Below are positions 54,284 to 64,000 of a stretch of 64,000 nucleotides of DNA, piece after piece. The notes under the pieces were generated by a model that was not told where the DNA came from, ran no database searches, and was given only the letters and a program-made list of their open reading frames with translations. The stretch lies in contig JAKIMF020000007.1 in the NCBI GenBank assembly GCA_022605425.2, positions 992,001-1,056,000 on the forward strand, in the 5' to 3' direction. The stretch comes from Hamiltosporidium tvaerminnensis FI-OER-3-3 (taxonomy: Eukaryota > Fungi > Microsporidia). Position 1 is the first letter of the stretch; each line of letters starts with the position of its first letter. The position numbers and the translations under genes were made by a program.

Positions 54284-55605
54284 CCCCATCGCAAACAAAC
54301 AAATTTTATTTTATTTTGATATTTTAATATTTCCTCTACGTTAATTGCTTGTTTTAAAGGAATAAAGGTTATTCCTGTTCTCGGCCTTTATAATAACACC
54401 TATTAGCCCTCTTTCTCAGTTCTCTTAGACATTTGATCAACTGAAATTATAGAATGATTTAAATGAATCTGTAATCTAATTATACATTATTAGATTTATA
54501 TATCATAATTACTTTATAATGAATTCAGGAATTACATTAAGGTTTGTGGCTTTATTTTTTTGTGAAATTTCGCTTTAAAATATCTTTTAAAATCTTTAAT
54601 TTTAGATTTTTAAAAAGAGACAGTCAAATTGCTTTTTATAATCCTTCAAATGCTCTTCTATTATCCGTTAATACTGTATTATATGTTTTTTTATGGAAAT
54701 TTCATTAAATTTTAAAGAAATATTTTTAGAATTTAAAATTTCTAAAAAATAGGTTTATATATGTTTAATACGTTAAGGTTTCTAAAATCTATTTTGCAAA
54801 ATATATAAAAACATAATACTTTTTATAATTCACAAAATTATTTCAAAATTAAAACTAAATTTAAACTGTTCATTTTAATTTGGGTTATAAGTTATTTTTG
54901 TTTCTTTAATAACTGAAATGAATCTTAAGGTGTGTTTCCTACTTCTATAGGTGTTATCATGTTTAATTTATTATTTAAATTAAATATAACAGATCTCTCA
55001 GTTTTAATTTTAGTGTGGGAATTAGAAAATTTTTAGAATTAAAAAAAAAAACAATACAAATTATCGTTCTATTTACTATGATATTTTTTGAGAATTTAAC
55101 ACAATTCGAAACTATTATATGTGATAAAAACATATGAAAAATGTATTTTGCCAATGATCTAGTTTTTCAAAGCAAATTTTTTAAATTGTGTGTTTCAAAT
55201 AATGAAATGTGCATATTAATTCTATATTATGGAAAATATTTCGACATATTTTAAATATGAGATTAACTATATTTAAATTGTTTTTTTATTATTAATTTGA
55301 ATCAGAAATTTGGCAATTTGATAATAAAATAACTTTTACACATAATTGAGATTCGAATATTTTTTTGGATATAGTTTTTAAATATTTTTGTTGTATTAAA
55401 ACTTCAATTTATGTTGTTTTCAAAACTAAGACGAAAATTTTACAGAGGAAATTCCGGAAAAATAAACCATAAGGCTGAAATAGGATTCTTGAGTAAAATC
55501 ATCTCAACACTGATAGGTAAAAAAGGAATGGAAAAAGTATGTAAGTAAAATTATACGTAAATTTAGACGAAGATTTTATATTTTGGAACTAAAGTATTTA
55601 TTTTA

Positions 55606-57539
55606 TTATATAAAGTTTCTCTCTATAATATCAACCAACTTATAATAATGTTCATCATAATATTTATCACTACATGCTACTGAATATTTCATTTCTTTGG
55701 TGGCTACGTCACAAGAAATAAACAGATAGTGTTCTACTGGTACAGAGTAATTATTATACATGGTTTTGATAATAAGTAAAAGCTCATTTGAAGGATTTTG
55801 AAATATTTGTGATATTGTTTTTGGCGCTCTCACATGAGAATAACCATTTTTTAACGTTTTATTAAGGATTTCTTTAGCAATTTTACATGAATCTGAGGAG
55901 TTGAAAGTTGATAATCTTAGAGGAAATTTAAAATTAATGATGTCTCGGGTCGCTATTCTGCTTTTTGGGTTTATTATAAATACAAGGTTTTCTTTTTTCA
56001 CACTTTTGGTTTCGAAATCAAAAAATTTGACACGGCAATTCTGTGTACGAAAATATTCTTCGATCTCATTTTGTACATTTTTCTTTTTTTCTAAAAATTT
56101 TTCGTCTAATTTTGGTAACCAAGATTTTATTTGAACTACATTTTCACGAACGAGTTCATCATTTACTACCAAACCTTCTTCGATACCTATTTTTTCTACT
56201 TCTAAAATATTTCTATCGTTTAGATTTACACTTTGAGAAAAAATAAATTTTCTTAAATTCGCAAAAAAAGCTTCTAAGTTAAATTTAGGAAATTCTTCGT
56301 CGTGATTCGGGGTGCCATATATTGTATTTACATCTGCTACGTATTTAAGATTTTTATCTTTGTCGAAAATAAAATAAAACATGAATTCTTGTGAGTTAGT
56401 AGTGTGTAAAAGTAAAATTCGTAAATCTTAAACTCTTCTGATCCGTTTCTTATTGTGTCGTAAAGTCTGTGACTAGAATCAACAAGATTAAAATGAATCT
56501 TATAAAATAGACAACGATATACGAATTCCGATCCGGAATTGAACTTCAAAGATTGAATTTCAAGATCTTTAATTGATAAATTACTATAAACTGTTTTTTT
56601 CCTTGGATTTTTATTTAGATTCATTTCTAATTTATCAAAAAATATTGATAAAGGTCGTTTATCTTTGTCATACTTTTCAATCTTTGTATCTGAAGTTTGA
56701 AAATTCTTGAAATTATACGAAATATCGATAAAGACCTTATATATAATCATTTTTCGCTTAAAAAATTCCAATATATCTAATTTTGGAACACCTTTATCAT
56801 CATTTTCAATCAAAACTTCTTTTCTAACATAAACCAACATATTTTTTGAATCAATATGTAAAATGCTTTGTTGTTTTATCATCATGTCTATATATGCAAT
56901 ATCGTAGCTATTTAATTTACAATCAGCTATTGTAATTAAAAATTTCTCATTGTTTTCATCTTTAGAGCGATTATTTATTGTGTTTTCAATTTTCTCAGTC
57001 ACATTCAATAGATTTTCTTTATTCAAACATATTTCCCCAAATACTTCAAACTCGATTCCCATTTTATCATTTGTAACGTAAAATTTACACTCATCGTTTA
57101 TTTCAGCAATAATATTTTCATATGCAGTAATATGATCATCATACTTTTTAATCTTTTCCAAATAATTTGAATATTTTAAATAATTATAATGAGAATTTAT
57201 CAAAGAACCTGGATGTAGTAACTTTAAAGTATTGTATTTTAATACAGATACTCTTAATTCTTCTGTATTTTTAAATGCCTCTTCTGCCATCTCCGAGATT
57301 ATTTTTGTGCTTTGGTTTTCAATATTTTTTATGACAAAAAAGAGTTTCTTATTAAAATCATTAAAACTTCTTTCTTTTTTATCTATATTTTTTGTAATTG
57401 CCTTCATTATATTATCTTCTATAAATTGATAATTTGGCAAAACATCTGATATTTCTTCAAACATAGCTGAATCGTTGTTACACCAAATTTGAAATGAAAA
57501 TAATACAAGGAAATGTAGATTTGTAAAAATGAATTTCAT
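55606..57539 (-). CDS. Hypothetical secreted protein (~640 aa) split by one frameshift near 56405
   Basis: Signal peptide MKFIFTNLHFLVLFSFQIWC. ORFs 56337-57548 and 55606-56382 overlap, and the second frame is open upstream of its ATG (HTTNSQEFMFYF). Confidence 0.7.
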
Positions 57540-58640
57540 AAAAATCAAATAGTAGCATGCTTATATAGTTTTAAATTTAATTTAATCGATATTCGATTGA
57601 TAAAATTATAAATTACCGAAACAAAATAATCTAATTATTAAATTCTTTTATAAGCTAGATCTTCCATTATGAAAGTCCAATATAGAAAAATTTATAGATT
57701 TCAATCTAATCAACTATTTTTTGAATTTATATAATCTTTGGAATCTTAAAAATCTAAATCTTTATTAAATTTTTTCTATTATTAATTTAAAATTAGCAAC
57801 GAATAAAAATTCTTCAAAAATATCATTTCATGAAAATATTTGATCACTTTTAATATCCCCATACTGAACATTTGTATCCTTCGTTTAGAAAACACATCTG
57901 CTTAAAAAAACTTTAATTCTTACCCTGCAGAGTAAATTAATGATACAATATGATGATTTCTTTTATTTAAGATACCATCATTATGATGTCAAATCCGTGC
58001 TACAAATCCATTTAATAGCAATTTTAACGTACATATAAACCGAAAAAAAAGTTAATCAAGTAGAAATAATTGAATCCAGAACACTTAATTTCTAATATAT
58101 TAACAAATCTATTTATTAATAACTTTTTAATTTAAATTTAATTTCGGTTTTATATTTAACAAGTAGATAGTTACTGATTTTATGTTTCAAATTAGTAAAA
58201 ACAATTAAATTTATCGAAAAATGTAATACAATTTTAATTAAAAAAAAAGTCAATTATAATGAGAAAAAAAAAGAAAATTGGCGGCTGTAATTTATAGTTT
58301 TGATCAGAAATATACGGTTAATATTGAAATAGCCATGAAGTGAAAATAATTTATTCATAAAGCTCTTGAATAAAAATTTTTTATTTCTATTTTGTTATAT
58401 AAATAAAGAATGAAGAAAATATTTGTGTTTTACTACACTATTATTATTATGGATAATTAAAAAAATCATTTCCAGATGTTCTTTTATTTCATTTAAAAAA
58501 ATATTTGATTAAAAAATATAATTTGAAAATTAACGAATTAGGCTAAATTTAAATTTTTCAAAGCCCCTTCTCTACAAAAAAACTGGTATTTTACTTCCTT
58601 AAAACTTTAATGTTTAATTAATGTAATATAATTAGGTTGT

Positions 58641-58811
58641 GATCATCAGATTCTAGTAAAATCTATTAATCTTTTAATTTGAAATTAAAATTGATTTTCA
58701 GATATTTAAAAAAAAATTAACTATAGGATCATCAGATTCTAGTAAAATCTATTAATCTTTTAATTTGAAATTAAAATCTATTTTCAGATATTTAAAAAAA
58801 CTAACTATAGG
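58641..58811. repeat. 86-bp tandem duplication
   Basis: gatcatcagattctagtaaaatc...aactatag starting at 58641 and 58727. Confidence 0.88.
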
Positions 58812-60237
58812 AATATTATCTTTTATTCTAATATCCATTCTTTCGAGTCAATATCAACCATATGAATATCTTTGAATTACATTTTATAAATGCAAAATAA
58901 TAAATCATTGATTTTTTTCTCGATCTAATCCGGAAAAAAATCTACATATTGAGTGATTAATCATTTTTCTTCGATTTTTCGAAATTTATTTTTTACTTTT
59001 AGAATACTAAATGATTAAAAATTTGAATTTACTTTCGAATATATTTGTTAATGAATAGACAACATTGTAACGCTTCAAACCAGATCGATCCGGGAGAATT
59101 AAGTTATAAAAGGATTATATCTATAAAAATTATAATGTCTTTTAGAAATTAAATATTTACAATGTAGTTATATAGTTATTACGAAGTAAATAAATATTTT
59201 TAGAACTTCTAATTACCAATAATTTTTTTAAAAAGTGCTAAAATTTAGGTACAATAGATAATAGGATCTTTAGTTTATATTGTGGCATATCTGATTAACC
59301 TAAAAAAACAAATTTCAATTTATGATTGATTAAAATGCTTTTACTCATTCATAGAATAAATACCAAAAATTTAGGTGGAAATCTAAAATACTTTTATTAT
59401 TTATCATAAAAAGCATTATCTGCCAATCAATATTCTATATTGACAAAATTTACTTAATATAAAATAGCTGCATCCGAATATCAATATCTAAAGATGAATT
59501 TGTCATTAAAGTTTTTAAAGAGTAAATAATTTTTAATTAATAATCAAGTTATTCAATTTTCTAATATTTTTTGCCAATTGTATCAAATACAAGCAAAAAA
59601 ATAATTTTGCCAAAGAATAAACTATCTTGGAAATAGTTTACGGCGGATCGTAATAATATGAAATAAAACTTATAAGTAATGATTTATGCTATTGAGACCA
59701 AAGCGAAGAAATATTTATTTTTCTTATCAAAATGGTTTACAAATCAATATCTTCTGAGTAACTTCAAATGTTTGGATTCAAGAGCAAAAAAAAGAGCTAT
59801 TATTCCATAGTTTATAGTTATTTACTGTTAGAATAATTACCATACTTGCAAATAAAATTTGTCTTGATTGAAAAAATTAAAATATTTAATAGCAATCGAT
59901 TAATCTGGTAAAAATATACCATAGAATTTCGCTCATCGACACAAAAAATCAAAATAAATTAGATTGTTTGAAATCTAAAGTCTATAAATTACTTTTACAT
60001 CCACCATGATGGAGTTGTTCATTATTCTAAATTACCCATTTTGATTCAAAAAAAATGCTGCAATAAATAAGCAAGACTTAAAAAGTTATAATACTCAACA
60101 CATATAAGCTATTTTTTAGATCAAGCAAATTTACAATTTTATATTTAAATTGATTTTTTTCAATTTTATTAGATAAAAAATTAGATGGCCTTCTAAAATT
60201 AGAAATGCAATATTTATATCCTAATAAATTACCCATA

Positions 60238-61929
60238 ATGATTCACTATATAATATATTTACATATTGTGCTCTGTTCAATCCAAGAAATAGATGAGGAA
60301 ATAGTAAATAAGCCAATCGATATAGATTTAGATAGGATTTGCAATGAAAAAGAACCTAAGAATTTTATTAGAGATATTAATTGTGAAAAACCGATTGATG
60401 ACACTATTCAGACATCTAATAGTACTTGTCTGGCTTCTAATGATATAAATCCAGACTTGTGTAGTATATGTGAAGGCATCTGTTCAAATTCACGAAAATA
60501 TCAGAAATGTCTTGATAAAGAAGAATGTATTGTGTGTAATAAAATACCAAGGCCGTGTTTAAAATATTTACAGAGCTATGTTTTATCTAGGAAAAGATCT
60601 CACTCGATATCAAAGACTCGAAACGAATCAAAAAAAGTATTAATCGATGTTATTGATCCTGATAAGATTGTTTGTAAAGAATCGTTGGATGCCATTTTTG
60701 GAAAATATCAGTTGATTTCCGGTTTTTTAAATGGAAGCCCAGAACTAAAAAAAATATTGAAAGAATACCCAAACATGCCAATTACATTCGAAGAAATAAA
60801 ACTTTTAAATCCAACATTGTTAAATTCGCTTATTGAAATAATTAAATTTAGCCGAACAAAGAATTTTCAATTTGTGAATTATGAAGCTGAGATGGTTTAT
60901 ATACATTTTAACTTGGATGAAATATCATGCGAAGATTTATTTACTGATATATTCCTAAAAATTTTAAATTTTAATATAATAGAAATTGAAATTTGCAAAT
61001 TTAAAGAGATCTTAAATGAAATTTCACATTTTTTATATAATACGAAATTTCCATTAAAATTTTGGCCTGAAGATAAATCACACATAAAAATAAAATTAGA
61101 GGAATTATTCAATTCTTATAATTTAAAATATTTCGATTTGGGCATTTTTAGAATAAGAAGTTTGATTTTTTCAATTTATATTAATAATTCATATTTAAAT
61201 ACAATACCTAAAAGAGACAGAGAGATGTATATGTTACTTATTTTGCTTGAAAAATGCGAAAACGAATACATACGACTCTTTCATAAAGATACACTTCTAA
61301 ATACGCAAGATAATCGATTGAAGATTCAAAATATAAAACTCGATTTTAAAAAAAAAATAAATGAAATTATGTTTAGAATAGTATCTTGCATTCAATATAA
61401 TACAAATTATTATGTTTCATTTGATTTATTAAAAGTTCTTTTCGAAGATATTACAAATATAATCCATACAGAAAAAAACAATGAATTAAAATATGCCAAT
61501 AGGATTTTCAATGATTTTCATCTAATATTGTTTCTTCTTCCTGATATCTTTATTGAGAAGCTAAATCAATTAACTGAAATAATACTTTATATGATAATTA
61601 TTGGACATAGGGAGGATACAATCAAATTAGAGTTTATAAAAAATTTTGAAAATATATTTTTTGATATACTTTTTAAAGAAACCTGGGATAATTTTGTAAT
61701 TCGCTATATATATTTTCTTATAAAATGCGAACTATTAATTTCTTTAAATCACTGTGGACTCGAGCGCAATATATTTAAGTATCAAATAGGTCTGAAAATA
61801 TTAAATAACAATATAGAACCTGAATACTTCATATATTTTAATAATTCTAAATATATAGTAATTTTTAAAGATTATTCTGGAGAATGTTTTAAGAGTATAT
61901 CTGAATACATCCATTCTAATTTAACATGA
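60238..61929 (+). CDS. Hypothetical secreted protein with a Cys-rich N-terminal segment and NLS-like motif
   Basis: CCC motif then ATG at 60238 (MIHYIIYLHIVLCS signal peptide). CxxCxxxC..C....CxxC cluster and basic RKRSH..K. Intact 563-aa frame. Confidence 0.85.
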   Translation: MIHYIIYLHIVLCSIQEIDEEIVNKPIDIDLDRICNEKEPKNFIRDINCEKPIDDTIQTSNSTCLASNDINPDLCSICEGICSNSRKYQKCLDKEECIVCNKIPRPCLKYLQSYVLSRKRSHSISKTRNESKKVLIDVIDPDKIVCKESLDAIFGKYQLISGFLNGSPELKKILKEYPNMPITFEEIKLLNPTLLNSLIEIIKFSRTKNFQFVNYEAEMVYIHFNLDEISCEDLFTDIFLKILNFNIIEIEICKFKEILNEISHFLYNTKFPLKFWPEDKSHIKIKLEELFNSYNLKYFDLGIFRIRSLIFSIYINNSYLNTIPKRDREMYMLLILLEKCENEYIRLFHKDTLLNTQDNRLKIQNIKLDFKKKINEIMFRIVSCIQYNTNYYVSFDLLKVLFEDITNIIHTEKNNELKYANRIFNDFHLILFLLPDIFIEKLNQLTEIILYMIIIGHREDTIKLEFIKNFENIFFDILFKETWDNFVIRYIYFLIKCELLISLNHCGLERNIFKYQIGLKILNNNIEPEYFIYFNNSKYIVIFKDYSGECFKSISEYIHSNLT

Positions 61930-62278
61930 GTTCACACTGAAATTGGTTTGGATTAATAACTTATTTACTCCAAGGAAATATATTAAAATATCAATTTTTT
62001 ATAACAAAAATTATAGATAAGTTTTTTTATATTACATTTTTTGTTTATTTTGTCTGATTCTTGATTTCGCTTGTAAAATGGCACACTAAAATATATTTTA
62101 TAGATTTCTCGGTGTGTTGGATTCGAAATATTTTATTTGATAAACTTTTACTCATTTTATATAGCGATTCAAGATCGAGGGAATTTTAAATTCAAAAATT
62201 ATACATTGTGCTCTTTTCTAACATAACAGAATTTAATTAATTAGTCATTTATAATTGTTAATTTGTTCTTTCTTAGAT

Positions 62279-62517
62279 TCCTTTATACATTTTCAGATTA
62301 CTGCCTTGTACGAGCCTTGGTTTCCCCTAGTAATACAGCTCACCGGTGTTTTTTATGTGGGTTTTTTACTTTTTCGGGTTTCGTTACAAGGTAATTTTAA
62401 AGGGTTTGTTATTAGCCCTACACCCTAACTCTAACATAGAGGACTAATCCCTTCAAGTCGCCTCTTACGACAAGCAGAGAATACCCAAGCTAATTCTGCC
62501 TCTGATAGGGTGAGAGA
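62279..62517. mobile_element. Family 2 element within the duplication, with 13-bp TSD
   Basis: ttctttcttagat at 62266-62278 and 62518-62530. Confidence 0.8.
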
Positions 62518-64000
62518 TTCTTTCTTAGATATTTGAATATTTTTTTTGTTTATCTTATTGGGTAAGATATAATCAGAATAGATTTATTCTTTAATAAACC
62601 AAACATTTCAGATTTTTAGTCTATAACCCAAACATCCAAATATTTTTTATAAAAAGAATTAGCTTATTACTTTTTTTGAAACTGCCCTTCCAGTATAACA
62701 TACATTTTTCTATTGATTTAAATTGTTAATTTTACTTCATACTTTAAACCAATCGATACTGAAGTTTTTTTTAGAAGTAGTAGTTTAATATTTTTTATAA
62801 ATGTTATCATGTAACGGTTTTTGTCATAAACCAAGGTCTTAGCTTTTGTTAGCTAATTTGCTAAAAATTTACACGCCCTAAGTTACGCGTTTATATGATT
62901 TTAATGTGTTTTTTTAATCAACTCTTACTTCTATAAATATATTGATTGCCTTCATTGTTTATATTTTTCTCGAATCTGAAATACGAATTCAAACAAGTAT
63001 TTATATTTACATTTACAGTTATATTCATCAATGAATTTTGGAATCTCTTGAATAAATCTAATCCTAATTGTTCTTAAACACATGTCTTTATTTATTTTGA
63101 AAGGCTTTTTATATTAAAATCCTGCCGATTAATTTAATAATTACATAAAGTAATTTGAAACAACATGCATATCGGGGTTTAAGAACGGCTGATAGATTCG
63201 AATTTTTTTTTTCCTTTATCTATAAACATATTTTTCTCTCTTCACACGACAAATGTACAGCTTTTTATTGATTTTAATTTTTTTTAGTATATTTACAAAT
63301 TTCAGTGAAGCTTTGTCCACTTGTTTAATATATAATTTAACATTTATTATCACATTTTTTTTATGAAAATTTATTGAGGTACATCTGAACATTAAATGAT
63401 TGTAACTTTTTAACCACAGCTTTAACATAATTCTTTTAAAATTATATTGTCAGTAAGATAGGTTTTTTAATAGCTATTGCCTGAATGATTCTTTTCACTT
63501 TTTTTGTATTCTTCTCCGAAAATCTAATGTGTGGAAAAGCATATGTATGTTTCATATTCGCTGTATATAGGCCTCTTAAAAATTATATCAAAATACATAG
63601 AATTGATTTAGATTTGTCAGTCAGGTATGCTTTTCTTATTAACTCCATTCAATCGATGAAATTTACTCAAGGAAATCACCCAGCAAGTCAAGTCATCTTA
63701 CTCAATAGGCTATCAACAAGCCTTTATATTGAATAATTACGAAAATACATTTTTGGCATATTATTGTAAAAAGGTTTATAACTTCTAACATGATTTTCCC
63801 CATAAAAATAGATTTTCGTTGTCTCCTTTTCTATCCTCTACTATCTTACTTACCAACTTATTCCTTCCCTCTTTTAACTCTCGGTTTCAAGGATGAACAA
63901 ATGGAGGTTTCCATTTTTTCTTTTAATCTGTTGTAACTGGGATTATAAGAAATCAACATTTGATCCATTATGGTTTATATCCCACCAAAATGTTAACAAT

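Larger units (their letters stand above)
60025..63413. repeat. Inverted segmental duplication, copy 2
   Basis: Reverse complement of 38535-41935. Confidence 0.93.

Overview
This is very AT-rich, gene-sparse eukaryotic DNA, most likely from a large-genome microsporidian such as Hamiltosporidium. That assignment is an inference from the divergent, intronless GAPDH, uL10/P0 and p24 genes and the CCC/ACC motif just upstream of their ATGs. There are three recognisable housekeeping genes; GAPDH carries one in-frame TAA. Several lineage-specific secreted or membrane ORFs are present, one of them inside a ~3.4 kb inverted segmental duplication. The mobilome includes an RLE-type (R4/Dong-like) non-LTR retrotransposon family, a DD39D plant-type mariner with perfect TIRs, and a Helitron 3' remnant. 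The most novel signal is a ~720-nt non-coding, highly structured retroposed RNA in 7 full-length copies. It has TSDs, a UUCG tetraloop, an AUUGCAC loop and G-U-preserving substitutions, and it shares the LINE's 3' TTAAATAA end. A second ~240-nt TSD-flanked family shows compensatory base changes. All alignments and structures were read by eye.
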